In this document: positions 1-11,000 of the stretch, piece by piece
Layout: each line of letters opens with the position of its first letter
How positions within the stretch are numbered: position 1 is the stretch's first letter
Assembly: GCA_030650425.1 (NCBI GenBank)
Contig: JAUSED010000012.1
Location: forward strand, 905 to 64,904
Direction: 5' to 3'
DNA length: 64,000 bases
Source of the DNA: Candidatus Omnitrophota bacterium
GTDB lineage: Bacteria > Omnitrophota > Gorgyraeia > Gygaellales > Profunditerraquicolaceae
Made by a program: the position numbers and the translations under genes
The notes under the pieces: generated by a model
The model's database searches: none
Seen by the model: the letters and a program-made list of their open reading frames with translations, nothing else
What the model was told of the DNA's origin: nothing

Positions 1-1
1 G

Positions 2-973
2 ATGATAGAGCCCTACAAGGGCAGAGTGTTCGACCCGGCATGTGGAAGCGGTGGTATGTTTATCATGAGCGAGAAATTTGTTGAAAGTCACAAAGGTAAA
101 ATTAGCGATATTTCAATTTATGGTCAAGAAAGTAATCAAACGACTTATCGTCTTTGTCGAATGAACTTGGCTATTCGTGGCATTGATGGATCGCAGGTCA
201 AATGGAATAATGAAGGGTCTTTCTTAAACGATGCGCATAAAGACCTCAAGGCAGATTTTATTCTTGCAAATCCTCCGTTTAATGACAGTGATTGGTCGGG
301 GCAATTACTTCAAACCGATCCACGTTGGCAATATGGCATGCCACCGGCAAGTAATGCTAACTTTGCGTGGCTTCAGCACATGATTTATCACCTTGCGCCA
401 AAGGGCGTGATGGCGTGCGTGCTTGCCAATGGCTCGCTCTCATCTCAAACAAACAACGAGGGTGATATTAGAAAAGCGTTCATTGAAAAGGATCTCGTGG
501 ACTGCATTGTCGCGCTACCTAAACAGCTTTTCTATAATACAGGCATTCCGGCATGTATTTGGTTTGTTTCCCGAAAGCGTATGGGCAATGGCGATCGTAA
601 GCGCACTGGCGAGATCCTTTTCGTTGACGCTTCGGAAGTTGGCTATATGGAAGACAGCACTCACAAGGCATTTAGCGAGGAAGATATTGTTAAAGTTTCC
701 AAAACCTACCATGAATGGCGAAGGTGCGACGGCAAATATGAAGACATCAAAGGTTTTTGTAAATCTGCCGATATAGGAGAAATCACTAAGCATAATTTTG
801 TCCTCACGCCCGGGCGCTATGTTGGCATGAAAGATGAGGTTGATGACGGCATTCCATTTGAAGAAAAGATTACTGGGCTCACAAAGAAACTTGCCGAGCA
901 GATGGTAGAAGAGAAAAAGTTGGATGAGGAAATAAAAAAACAACTGAAAAATGTTGGATTTAAATTGGGGTAA
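2..973 (+). CDS. hsdM: Type I restriction-modification N6-adenine DNA methyltransferase subunit HsdM (C-terminal portion; 5' end lies outside the window)
   Basis: SAM-binding motif I 'FDPACGSGGMF' and catalytic motif IV 'NPPF'. Directly followed by the hsdS and hsdR homologues. Confidence 0.9.
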   Translation: MIEPYKGRVFDPACGSGGMFIMSEKFVESHKGKISDISIYGQESNQTTYRLCRMNLAIRGIDGSQVKWNNEGSFLNDAHKDLKADFILANPPFNDSDWSGQLLQTDPRWQYGMPPASNANFAWLQHMIYHLAPKGVMACVLANGSLSSQTNNEGDIRKAFIEKDLVDCIVALPKQLFYNTGIPACIWFVSRKRMGNGDRKRTGEILFVDASEVGYMEDSTHKAFSEEDIVKVSKTYHEWRRCDGKYEDIKGFCKSADIGEITKHNFVLTPGRYVGMKDEVDDGIPFEEKITGLTKKLAEQMVEEKKLDEEIKKQLKNVGFKLG

Positions 974-975
974 CT

Positions 976-2214
976 ATGGCAGATCAAACTTCTACAATTC
1001 CAAAGGGCTGGAAAATGACGACACTAGGCGAGGTCATTTCTTCAGGGCTTATTTCTAATCACAATAATAAAAGATATCCTTTGGCAGGCAATGAAAGAGC
1101 GAGGCGGCAGGGCATGTTTCCTTACTATGGGGCGGCCAGCGCAATTGATTTTATAGATGAATACAAATATGACGGATTTTATTTATTAGTTGCAGAAGAT
1201 GGCACAGTTTATGATGGAAAATCTCCAATGCTTCAGTTAGTCAATGGAAAATTCTGGGTAAGCAATCACTCTCATGTATTACAAGGGAAAGATGAAATTA
1301 TTACAAAATTTTTGTCATATATTTTAAAAAATGTAAGCATTTCTCCATATATTACAGGAGCTGTTCAGCCTAAATTAACAAAAGAAAATCTTTACAGCAT
1401 TTCTTTTTTATTTCCGGAGAATGAAACTGAACAACGCGCCATCGCGGAGGTACTGTCGTCTGTGGATGATAAGATTGAGCTTTTGCGCGAGCAGAATAGA
1501 ATTCTTGAAGAAACCGCGCAGGTGATTTTTAAAGAGTGGTTTGTTAATTTTAATTTTCCTGGTGCAACCGGCAAAATGGTTGATTCCGAACTTGGCGGAA
1601 TTCCAGATAAGTGGAGAATGGGAAAATTAGGCGAAGAATTTAATATTACGATTGGAAGAACGCCTCCGAGGGAGGAGCGTGAATGGTTCTCCAGCATTCC
1701 AATTGGTAAGAAATGGATTTCAATAAAAGATATTGGAAATAGTGAAATGTATATATCTAACACGTCGGAATATTTAACAGATGAAGCAGTGGAGAAATTC
1801 AATATTCCAATAATTCCTGAAAATACAACTATTATGAGTTTTAAAATGACGGTTGGAAAGCTTGCAATTACAACAGAAAAAATGCTTTCAAATGAAGCGA
1901 TAGCTCATTTGAAAATAAAAGAAAATTCAAATCTTTCTACCGAATTTATTTATTCTTTTTTAAAGGGCTTAGATTTTAATAGCTTAGGAAGCACTTCTTC
2001 TATTGTGACAGCTATAAATTCAACAATGATAAAAGATATAGATATTTTTATTCCTGAAAAACAAATAATGCAAAAATTTAACAAAGTAATTCAGCCGATT
2101 TTTGCAAAATTAAAGAACAATAATGGCCAAATTCAAACTCTCTCCGCTCTCCGCGATGCGCTTTTGCCTAAACTGATGGAAGGTGAGGTGCGCGTGAAAG
2201 GTTTTAATAATTAA
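976..2214 (+). CDS. hsdS: Type I RM specificity subunit HsdS (two target-recognition domains)
   Basis: 412 aa, starting 3 nt after hsdM. Central conserved helical spacer 'LREQNRILEETAQ...FKEWFVNF' is typical of HsdS. Very AT-rich TRD-like halves. Confidence 0.8.
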   Translation: MADQTSTIPKGWKMTTLGEVISSGLISNHNNKRYPLAGNERARRQGMFPYYGAASAIDFIDEYKYDGFYLLVAEDGTVYDGKSPMLQLVNGKFWVSNHSHVLQGKDEIITKFLSYILKNVSISPYITGAVQPKLTKENLYSISFLFPENETEQRAIAEVLSSVDDKIELLREQNRILEETAQVIFKEWFVNFNFPGATGKMVDSELGGIPDKWRMGKLGEEFNITIGRTPPREEREWFSSIPIGKKWISIKDIGNSEMYISNTSEYLTDEAVEKFNIPIIPENTTIMSFKMTVGKLAITTEKMLSNEAIAHLKIKENSNLSTEFIYSFLKGLDFNSLGSTSSIVTAINSTMIKDIDIFIPEKQIMQKFNKVIQPIFAKLKNNNGQIQTLSALRDALLPKLMEGEVRVKGFNN

Positions 2215-2216
2215 GT

Positions 2217-3098
2217 ATGAGAAAAACGCAGTCATTCATAGATGAAAATATAAAATGGCAAGCGCTCGGCGACTATGTTTTGCGTATTGAAACGTATCGA
2301 GAAACATCCCCCGGACTTGTTATTGAAAATTGTAAGTCACTTATAGAATCAATTTTCAAAACTATTCTTGTTGAGGTTAACGCGAAGACTGAAGATGATT
2401 TAAAAAATATTGATATCAGCGGTCTGTATAAACAGGTAAAGAAAATTCTTTTTTTTGAGGAGAAAGGCTATTGCCATATCATTGGAAGCTTTTCCAATGC
2501 TATTGCGGAGTTTAGAAATAAGCTCGGAGAAACATCTCACGGGAAAGATATTTATACGCTAGAGAAAAATAGAAGCGCGCTATTTGGAGATGAAATTCAT
2601 TTTTTGCTCTCCACCACAGATAATATCGCTTTCTTTTTACTGAGCTATTACAAGAATTTATACCCTGTATATGCAGAGAAGAAGCGAGAGTTGGTTTATG
2701 GCGATTACAGTGAATTTAACGGATGGTTTGATGAAACGCAAGAACAAGTGGTTGTTGGAGGCGTGTCGTTATTGCCAAGTCGCGTGTTATTTGATGGAGA
2801 TATTGACGCATACAAGACCAGCTTGGGGGATTATTTAGGCAAGAATGATGTGGTTGAGAGGTTAAGAATAAGTCCGAACTTTGCATCAACCCATTCATTA
2901 ATAGGCGAATTGTCTCAATGTCAGAATTTTTCAAAAGAACAGGTCAGGCGATTGTTTGATGCGTTCTTCTTTAATAATCAAATCAGTTTGATAGCTACAG
3001 ATCAGGATGTGGCGGATTTTTTTACAACGCTTCTTCAGGAAAATGAAGCATTGCTTAGCGAAGGTGAATTAAATCAATTTAGGAGTCATTACAATTAA
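2217..3098 (+). CDS. Hypothetical protein embedded between hsdS and hsdR; possibly Abi/HEPN-like defence cargo
   Basis: 293-aa ORF tightly packed in the hsd operon (3-nt gaps on both sides). Positionally analogous to prrC or Abi genes embedded in Type I RM loci. Contains an R-x7-H segment 'RNKLGETSH', which is only a weak HEPN-like hint. Confidence 0.55.
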   Translation: MRKTQSFIDENIKWQALGDYVLRIETYRETSPGLVIENCKSLIESIFKTILVEVNAKTEDDLKNIDISGLYKQVKKILFFEEKGYCHIIGSFSNAIAEFRNKLGETSHGKDIYTLEKNRSALFGDEIHFLLSTTDNIAFFLLSYYKNLYPVYAEKKRELVYGDYSEFNGWFDETQEQVVVGGVSLLPSRVLFDGDIDAYKTSLGDYLGKNDVVERLRISPNFASTHSLIGELSQCQNFSKEQVRRLFDAFFFNNQISLIATDQDVADFFTTLLQENEALLSEGELNQFRSHYN

Positions 3099-3100
3099 TC

Positions 3101-6100
3101 ATGAGCCATATTTACGAATCCACAGTTGAGGAATTTGTCATTGAGCTTTTGCAGGGTCAAGGGTTTGACTATTTATCTCCTGAGGCGCAGGAAATAGAAA
3201 GAAAAAGCCTTGCCGACGTAATTTTAATTTCCCGTCTTAAAAAAGCTATCAATATTCTTAACCCCACCATTCCGCAAGAAGCTCAAGAACAAGCTTTGCG
3301 TCAGGTTCTTAATTTGCCTAGCCAAAACCTTATTGATAATAATGAGGCTTTTCACAAAATGCTTACCGAAGGCATAGAGGTTGAGTATTTAGCAGAGCAT
3401 GGTGTGAAAGGTGACAAGGTCTGGTTGGTTGATTTTAATGATGTGCGAAATAATGATTTCATAGTATGCAATCAATTCACGGTTATCCAAAATAATATTA
3501 ATAAGCGGCCGGATATTGTTTTATTTGTTAATGGATTGCCATTGGTTGTTATAGAGCTTAAAAATCCAGCAGACGAAAATGCTACAGTTAAGAAGGCATA
3601 TACACAGATTCAGAATTATAAAAAGGCAATTTCAAGCTTGTTCTTTTATAACGAGATTTTAGTGGCGTCTGATGGATTGGATGCTAAAGCCGGGACGATT
3701 ACTTCAGAGTGGTCTCGGTTCTTGGCGTGGAAAACGGTCGATGGTGTAAAAGAGGATAAATCAACTGTTCCGCAAATTGAGACCCTTGTTAAGGGCATGC
3801 TCCGGCCGGATATTATCATTGATTTAATTAAACAATTTGTTGTTTACGAAAAGACCAGAAAAGAAGATGTAAGCACAGGGATTATAAGAATTGAGACTGC
3901 CAAAAAGGTCGCCGCATATCATCAATATTATGCCGTAGCTAAGGCTGTCGTTTCGACAAAAGACGCCGTAAAAGACGCGGGGAATCGAAAGGCTGGCGTT
4001 GTCTGGCATACTCAGGGAAGCGGCAAATCTCTTTCGATGGTTTTTTATACCGGCAAGGTTGTTCTGGAACTTGATAATCCAACGGTGGTTGTTCTTACAG
4101 ATAGAAATGATTTAGATAACCAATTGTTTGATACTTTTGCCGGGTGTAAGCAGTTATTAAGGCAGGATCCGGTTCAAGCAGAGAGTCAGGAACATTTAAA
4201 GGAACTGCTAAAAACTGCAGGGGGAGGAATAATATTTACTACTATACAAAAATTCTTTCCGGATAATGGCGAGCTGGTTTTTGATCTTTTGTCTGATAGA
4301 AAGAACATAGTTGTGATTGCTGATGAAGCGCATCGTAGTCAGTACGGATTTAGTGCAAAAACTACGGTTAAAAACGGCGAGGCATTTACGTCGTATGGGT
4401 TTGCGAAATACGTACGAGATGCATTGCCGCATGCTTCCTTTATTGGCTTTACTGGTACGCCGATTGAGAAGGAAGACGCTTCAACTTTGGCAGTATTTGG
4501 GAATTACATTGATATTTACGACATTGAGCAAGCTGTTGCTGACGGTGCGACTGTAAGGATTTATTATGAGTCACGCCTAGCAAAAGTTCATCTGAAACCA
4601 GAAGAAAAAGAAAAGCTTGATGCTGAGGTCGAGTCTGTTACTGAAGGGGAGGAATCGACTGCTAAAGAGAAGGCAAAAGCCAGATGGACACAGCTTGAGG
4701 CAATCGTTGGGCATCGGGATCGTGTGAGGATAATTGCAAAGGATATTATCGATCATTTCGAAAAACGGCAGGAAGCTTTTGAAGGCAAGGCATTGATTGT
4801 AGCAATGAGCAGGCGCATAGCAGTCGAGCTTTATGCAGAGATAGTTGCCTTGCGGCCCGCATGGCATAGTGAGGATAAACACAAAGGCGTTGTTAAAGTT
4901 GTTATGACATCGAGCTCAAGCGATCCTGAAAGCTGGCAGTTGCATAGCACGTCCAAGGATGACCGTAAGGCTATTGGAGACCGGTTTAAGGATCCCGATG
5001 ATGGATTAAAACTCGTTATAGTCCGGGATATGTGGCTTACGGGATTCGATGCACCATGCCTTCACACTATGTATGTTGATAAACCGATGCGTGGGCATAA
5101 CCTCATGCAAGCAATCGCTCGAGTTAACCGTGTATTTAAAGATAAGCCCGGCGGCTTAGTTGTCGACTACATTGGAATTGCTTCTGATTTGAAGAAAGCA
5201 TTGGCGACTTATACAGAAAGCGGTGGAAAAGGCGAGCCAATGCTTGATCAGAATGATGCGGTTGCGACTATGCTTGAGAAATACGAGATAGTCGTTCAGT
5301 TGTTTAGTGGTTTTGATTACAAGCGGTATTTTACTGCTGATACTAAAGGGAAGATGACGATTATTCTTGAAGCGCAGGAATATATTTTAGGTTTGGACGA
5401 TGGAAAAAATAGATTTACTAAGCAAGTTATATTGTTATCTAAGGCGTTTGCGTTATCAGTTCCGCATCTTGATGCTTTACGAATAAAGGATGAGCTGGGA
5501 TTCTTCCAAGCGGTAAAGGCCCGATTGACTAAATTTGAACCAACGGGTATGGGGAAGAGTGATGAAGACATAGAAACTGCTATCCGTCAGATTGTGGATC
5601 AAGCAGTTGTTGCCGAGGGTGTTATTGATATTTTTGATGCGGCTGGGATAAAGAGGCCGGATATTTCAATACTTTCGGAAGAATTTTTGGCGGAAGTCCG
5701 AGGAATGCAGAGGAAAAATCTTGCTATAGAGCTTCTCAAGAAACTTCTTAATGATGAATTGCGGATGCGCTTAAAGAAAAATCTTGTTCAGAGCCGCAAA
5801 TTGTCGGAGATGCTTGAGCAGGCTATTAGAAAATATCAAAACAACCTTCTTACAACGGCGCAGGTTATAGAAGAGCTCATCAAAATCGCAAAAGACATTA
5901 AGGAGTCAGATCAACGTGCTGAAGGTTTAGGGTTATCGGATGATGAGCTTGCGTTTTATGACGCTTTAGCAAATAACGACAGCGCGCGGGATGTTTTAGG
6001 AGATAAGACGCTTAAAGAGTTGGCAATCGTGTTGGTAGATAGGGTTAAGGCAAATGTTTCAATTGACTGGACACTAAAAGAAAGCGCGCAGGCTAAGCTG

Positions 6101-6226
6101 AGAACAATAGTCAAGAGGTTGCTTAGAAAATATGGGTATCCACCCGATAAGCAAATGTTAGCGACCGAAACTATCTTAAAACAAACAGAGCTTTTGTGTG
6201 ATGAATGGGTGGAAGCAAAGAAATAA
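3101..6226 (+). CDS. hsdR: Type I RM restriction subunit HsdR (SF2 helicase/endonuclease)
   Basis: 1041 aa. Walker A '[11 protein letters not shown]', DEAH box 'IADEAHRSQ', and the typical HsdR C-terminal helical domain. Confidence 0.9.
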   Translation: MSHIYESTVEEFVIELLQGQGFDYLSPEAQEIERKSLADVILISRLKKAINILNPTIPQEAQEQALRQVLNLPSQNLIDNNEAFHKMLTEGIEVEYLAEHGVKGDKVWLVDFNDVRNNDFIVCNQFTVIQNNINKRPDIVLFVNGLPLVVIELKNPADENATVKKAYTQIQNYKKAISSLFFYNEILVASDGLDAKAGTITSEWSRFLAWKTVDGVKEDKSTVPQIETLVKGMLRPDIIIDLIKQFVVYEKTRKEDVSTGIIRIETAKKVAAYHQYYAVAKAVVSTKDAVKDAGNRKAGVVWHTQGSGKSLSMVFYTGKVVLELDNPTVVVLTDRNDLDNQLFDTFAGCKQLLRQDPVQAESQEHLKELLKTAGGGIIFTTIQKFFPDNGELVFDLLSDRKNIVVIADEAHRSQYGFSAKTTVKNGEAFTSYGFAKYVRDALPHASFIGFTGTPIEKEDASTLAVFGNYIDIYDIEQAVADGATVRIYYESRLAKVHLKPEEKEKLDAEVESVTEGEESTAKEKAKARWTQLEAIVGHRDRVRIIAKDIIDHFEKRQEAFEGKALIVAMSRRIAVELYAEIVALRPAWHSEDKHKGVVKVVMTSSSSDPESWQLHSTSKDDRKAIGDRFKDPDDGLKLVIVRDMWLTGFDAPCLHTMYVDKPMRGHNLMQAIARVNRVFKDKPGGLVVDYIGIASDLKKALATYTESGGKGEPMLDQNDAVATMLEKYEIVVQLFSGFDYKRYFTADTKGKMTIILEAQEYILGLDDGKNRFTKQVILLSKAFALSVPHLDALRIKDELGFFQAVKARLTKFEPTGMGKSDEDIETAIRQIVDQAVVAEGVIDIFDAAGIKRPDISILSEEFLAEVRGMQRKNLAIELLKKLLNDELRMRLKKNLVQSRKLSEMLEQAIRKYQNNLLTTAQVIEELIKIAKDIKESDQRAEGLGLSDDELAFYDALANNDSARDVLGDKTLKELAIVLVDRVKANVSIDWTLKESAQAKLRTIVKRLLRKYGYPPDKQMLATETILKQTELLCDEWVEAKK

Positions 6227-6273
6227 TTATTGGTATCGACAAAGAAGGAAACAGTAATAATTGATGGTAAATC

Positions 6274-6951
6274 ATGGATGAAAAATATAAAGAATTATTT
6301 GAGTTATCGCTGAAAGTTTTAGATGAAGAACAGCAACGAACGAACAGGCTGGACGAAAAAGCTTCCAAGTATTTTAGCGTTTTAACTTTCTTGATTGGTA
6401 TTTATGGTGTTTTTTGTTCCCGCGTCCTATCGGAATGCATCCCATTTAAAGGCTGGATGGACGTTAGTCTAATCGGCTTGGGGCTTATTAACCTTTTGGG
6501 ACTAATTGCCGCTTGGTTTTTATGCTTCGCGGTTTTTCGGCAACACGTCATTGTCAAGATTCCATTGAATGACGAAATGATTAGGTTCTTTAACGATAAT
6601 GAGATGGTCGATGTCCATTACACATTGGCAAGGGCAAATAAAGACGCGCTTATCGAGAATCGGAGCATTACCGACAAAAAATCTTATTTGTTAGTGTGGA
6701 CGTATAAAATACTTTCATGGGTATTTGTTTTGATGGTTGTTATGATGTTTGTTTTTGGGATAAAAATATGGTCTACAAAAAACCATTCTAAGAGCGGAGG
6801 TGTTGTGATGACTGAGGAAAATAAATCTAAAGAGAAGCCGAAGGAGGATCTCAAGCCGCCGACTTACGACCGTATTACGGAAGGCTATGATCCGTCGAAG
6901 ACAAAGAAGATCGAGAAAGGCGTTGTTGAAAAAGATAAGGAAAAAAAGTAA
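6274..6951 (+). CDS. Small membrane protein of unknown function (about 3 TM helices, highly charged K/E-rich C-terminal tail)
   Basis: Hydrophobic segments 'FSVLTFLIGIYGVFC', 'VSLIGLGLINLLGLIAAWFLCFAVF' and 'LLVWTYKILSWVFVLMVVMMFVFGI'. Lies between hsdR and the SIR2 cassette. Confidence 0.55.
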   Translation: MDEKYKELFELSLKVLDEEQQRTNRLDEKASKYFSVLTFLIGIYGVFCSRVLSECIPFKGWMDVSLIGLGLINLLGLIAAWFLCFAVFRQHVIVKIPLNDEMIRFFNDNEMVDVHYTLARANKDALIENRSITDKKSYLLVWTYKILSWVFVLMVVMMFVFGIKIWSTKNHSKSGGVVMTEENKSKEKPKEDLKPPTYDRITEGYDPSKTKKIEKGVVEKDKEKK

Positions 6952-6978
6952 TCGAGATCTGTTCACTAAAGAACAACT

Positions 6979-7152
6979 ATGCCTGATGATCTTTTTGATG
7001 AGTTCATGGAATACGATTTCACGATGGGATCGGATGTCGTGAAATGCCCGCATTGCGGGGCCGACGTGCCATGTAGTTTGTTTTTCGATGATGAGGCTGA
7101 GTGCCCGAAGTGCGGAAAGAAGTTCCGGAAGGACGAGCATAAAGATACTTGA
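6979..7152 (+). CDS. Small zinc-ribbon protein (57 aa); absent from the ORF track because it is under 60 aa
   Basis: Manual translation gives MPDDLFDEFMEYDFTMGSDVVKCPHCGADVPCSLFFDDEAECPKCGKKFRKDEHKDT, with two C-x2-C pairs 17 residues apart. It ends 27 nt before the SIR2 gene. No strong SD. Confidence 0.45.
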   Translation: MPDDLFDEFMEYDFTMGSDVVKCPHCGADVPCSLFFDDEAECPKCGKKFRKDEHKDT

Positions 7153-7178
7153 TTTACGTGGATACAGGAGTAGTTTAA

Positions 7179-8099
7179 ATGAGCATAGAACTAGTTCCAG
7201 ATCTTAAGAAATTGCCTCATATTTATGGAGCGCATAAAGATGAAAAGTTAGTTATCTTTGTGGGTGCAGGAATATCAGCTCTTTGGGGATGTAAACGATG
7301 GAAGGATATGGCAACCGCGCTGATAGATTCTTGCTATGAACGAGGCAGTATAGACTATTGGTCACGCGAAACATTATTAACAAAGTATTCTAGCGCACCA
7401 AGGAAATTAATTACTATTGCCAAGAATATTCTCAATGAAAACTATTTGGGGGAATTGAAAAAAACACTTCAGCTAGCACATGAGCGAAAGGCTAAATTGC
7501 CCGATTTGTTTAATAACCTATTTTCGCTCAAGGCAATTTACATTACAACCAATATTGATGATAATTTCTCGAGTTTATTTGATAAAGGCAATGTTCACTT
7601 TGACCCAACCAAATTTTCAATAGCTATACTTAAACCTAAAAATATTATTCACCTGCATGGGGTTATTCATAATCCAGAAAGTCTGGTTATGACTGTGGAT
7701 GAGTATATTGACCGTTATCAGAAGGATGGTTTTAGGGAATTTTTGGAATCGGCATTCTTCGATGAAAAGTACTGCTTCCTTTTTATTGGGTACGGTGTCG
7801 ATGAGATGGAAATCATTGATTTTATGATTCAAAAATATAGCAAGGGAGTCAAATCCTTACGAGGGTTTCTGAATCGCTTTTATATTTTGTTGCCCTTCTT
7901 CCATAATGAAGAGCCGTTATTCAAATATGAACAGCTATATTTTGATCAGATAAATATGTCAGTTATACCCTATTCAATAAATGCTAAAGGCTACGATCAA
8001 TTAGATGAAGTATTGTCATCATGGCGGAAGGCATTTGAGGAATACGGCAAGGGCGATGAATTTTATGGGTTTAACCAAATTATTGAGAAGAATTTATGA
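7179..8099 (+). CDS. SIR2-family (sirtuin-like, SIR2_2/ThsA-type) protein; predicted NAD+-consuming effector
   Basis: Rossmann motif 'VIFVGAGISALWG', 'YITTNIDDNF' (cf. TQNID/TTNYD) and catalytic 'IIHLHGV'. No Zn-binding Cys module. SD 'AGGAG' 8 nt upstream. Its stop overlaps the start of the next gene (ATGA). Confidence 0.75.
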   Translation: MSIELVPDLKKLPHIYGAHKDEKLVIFVGAGISALWGCKRWKDMATALIDSCYERGSIDYWSRETLLTKYSSAPRKLITIAKNILNENYLGELKKTLQLAHERKAKLPDLFNNLFSLKAIYITTNIDDNFSSLFDKGNVHFDPTKFSIAILKPKNIIHLHGVIHNPESLVMTVDEYIDRYQKDGFREFLESAFFDEKYCFLFIGYGVDEMEIIDFMIQKYSKGVKSLRGFLNRFYILLPFFHNEEPLFKYEQLYFDQINMSVIPYSINAKGYDQLDEVLSSWRKAFEEYGKGDEFYGFNQIIEKNL

Positions 8100-11000
8100 G
8101 CCAGCTTAATACAGAAGAACAGCAAGTTCTTTATTTAATTAAAACCGATGCCGATCAAGCGAGGTATTTCTTTGCTCGGGTTAAATCATTGAAGTGGTTT
8201 TATCCTTTAAAGGATCAAGGATATTTTAGCCCGGAGAGCATTCCTTATGATTCGGAAGGACATGCGCTATTTTGGAATATTTTGAATTATTTTGAACGCG
8301 TTTCCGAGCAAGTAGCCCAGAATCCCCAATATGGCAAGGAGTTGATTGAAATCATTGAGAGTATTGTTCAATTTTCGCTTAATAAGAAGCGGGTTGACAA
8401 TTACCACATCGGGTGGTATTGCGTAAAAATCTTAAATAATCTACCTGCGGCGGTTATTAAAGATAACCTGACAGTCAATAAATTTCAGACCTGGCTTTTG
8501 GTATGGACAGATCATGGTTTAGGGAGCGATTTGACGATTAGTGATATTGGTGAAAAGCTTTTGCCGAAGTTTTTGCATGATGACTTTGGGCCTAATTATT
8601 TATATGCCGAAACAATTATAAACGTAATTACTGCAATCAAGGCTAGTGGAAAACCAGACACCTTTACAAAGCGAGACGATGCCATCATGGCTTGGCAGAC
8701 TTATTGGATTCTAGATGCTTTTAGGAAGCATGGTCAACTAATCGGTCAAAAAAGTTCTCTTAGTATTGTTTTTGAAATAGCAGAGAAGCTAAGCAATGCG
8801 TTGGAATATAAGCAAAAGGATCATTACACCGATTTAGAGATAGGAGATGCTATTTATCGCATTAGGGTTGCCAGAATCTTTGCGGATGGTCTGAAGCCTC
8901 GAGAGATTAAATTCAAGAACGATGAATATGAATGTGTAATTAGGCAATTCTCAAAAGAACAACTTGCAGGGGTTGATCGCCAGAATGATTTTTGGGCGCT
9001 TCATAATCTTGAACCGCAGATTGAATGCGGAAATTTTACATTTACTGCCTTAACGAAAGATTCGTTTGTCGCCGAAATAAGAAAGAATTTACCGACAGGT
9101 ATTAGCTGGCAAGGTGCAGACAAATTTGAGCAAAAGATCTTAAATATTCATGAAGGATTATATTCAGATTATTCACATATATGGTGCCGGACATTAAAGA
9201 GTGGGCCTGAGCATGGAGATGGTGCTGAAGATGTTTTGACTGTGATTTTGAGGGATATTTTACTTGCTAAGTGTGAAATAAATCGCGAAGCGGGCAAACA
9301 AATTTTAAGCTCCTTTTTAAACGATACTAAATATCAATTTCCCATATTCCGGCGTTTTGTACTTCTATGTATTGATAGATTCTGGACTGACTATTTTGAG
9401 CTTTTAGACAAACTGATTGAAGTTATCCCAACCATTCTTGAAGAGTCAGATCTTGAGGTAGAGATGCAAGACGTTATTCATAATCACAATTCCGCTTTTA
9501 GTCCTGTATTAAAGGACAGGTTGAAGGTTCTTATTGATAATGTTCCAGAATATTATATGAGCAAGGGGGATGAAAAACTTGTAGCTTATTGGAAATATAA
9601 ATGGTTATCGCCCTTGCGCGAAAATCCTGATTTCTCTTTTCTATATGAAGAAGCGAAACAAAAAGCCGAGCCTAAAGACGGCAAGCCATACGAGCCGGAA
9701 CGTTCAGCGTTTAAAGGTGGCTTTGTAAGTCATAAGTCACCAATTTCAAAGGAGGATATACTCAAAAAACCTGTTGCTGAAATAGTTAAATATTTGGCTG
9801 ATTTCAAAGGCGCTGATTTCTGGCATGGTGCTTTTGAAGGTGATCCGGATAGGGAAGGACTCGGGAGTGTTTTACAGGCTGTTGTAAAAGACGATCCGAA
9901 GAAATTTACTGACGAGTTTGACGCATTCATAAATGTCGATTATTTTTACCTTCAAGGAATGTTTCGAGGTATAAAAGACGCATGGAATGCCGGGACAGAT
10001 ATTGATTGGAAAAATATTTTAGATTTTAGCATTAAATATTTAAACAGAGGTAAAGATGCTATAATTGCCGAGGCTCTTAAAGCCCAAGGGGAGGACAGTG
10101 GTCAAGGACGGTATATATGGATTGTAGAGGCTATCGTTGAGTTGGTTGGCGATGGATCCAAGGATGATACAAAAGCATTTTCTCAGGAGTATTTTGACAA
10201 GGTTGAACAGATATTCGACCTAATACTTCCGTTGCTTAAAGGGGAAAAGCAGCCGGATACGCAAAGAGATGCTTTAACCTATGCATTAAATACTACTCTT
10301 GGCCGGACAATTATGGCGTATATGTCTTTTTCGTTGAGAGTTGCAAGGGCAACACAGAAAAAGAAAGAGAACTGGGGCCGGGATAAATTTGAGAGATTCC
10401 TTCCCATCGGTATAGATGGATATATTTGGCTTGGGTGCTATCTGCCACAAATGAAATACTTGGATAACGGTTATACAATAGAAAAAATCAATTCTTTTGC
10501 TCAAAAGGATTCTAGTGATTTCGAGTGGCAGATGTTTATGGAGGGATATCTGACTGGGGCTCGGGTATGTAAAGATTTATATACTTTAATGAGAGCGAAT
10601 TATATAAAGGCTCTCCAGAGTACGGTATTTAAAGGAAGGGCTGACGAGAGACTGGTTGAGCATATTTGCATTGGGTATCTTCAGCTTGGCGAAGCATTGA
10701 TGCAAAACAATGAAGAAGGCAAACCGAGTTTATTCTGGAAAATGCTTAACGAGGCTGACACAGAGGATAAACGAAGTCGATGGGAAGATGTCACTGGTTT
10801 CTTCTGGTCAATATCTGGTAGGACATTAAAAAAAGAAGAAAAAGACAAACAAGAAGAGCCATCTGAAGATTTTAAAAAGAAGATATTAGCCTTCTGGGAA
10901 TGGACAGTTAACGAACAGGAATTTGTAAAGGGGAAATTGGGTGACGCGTATTCTTCATTTCTATGCCGTATGGTAGAATTGACAATTTGGCTTGATGGGA

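Noticed and set aside
423-943. ORFs 423..776 (+) and 515..943 (-) inside hsdM
   Set aside because: They lie entirely within the well-supported hsdM reading frame, off-frame or antisense. They have no motifs and no SD, so I read them as spurious shadow ORFs.
1392-1802. Antisense 136-aa ORF inside hsdS
   Set aside because: It is antisense to a motif-supported gene, with a low-complexity product.
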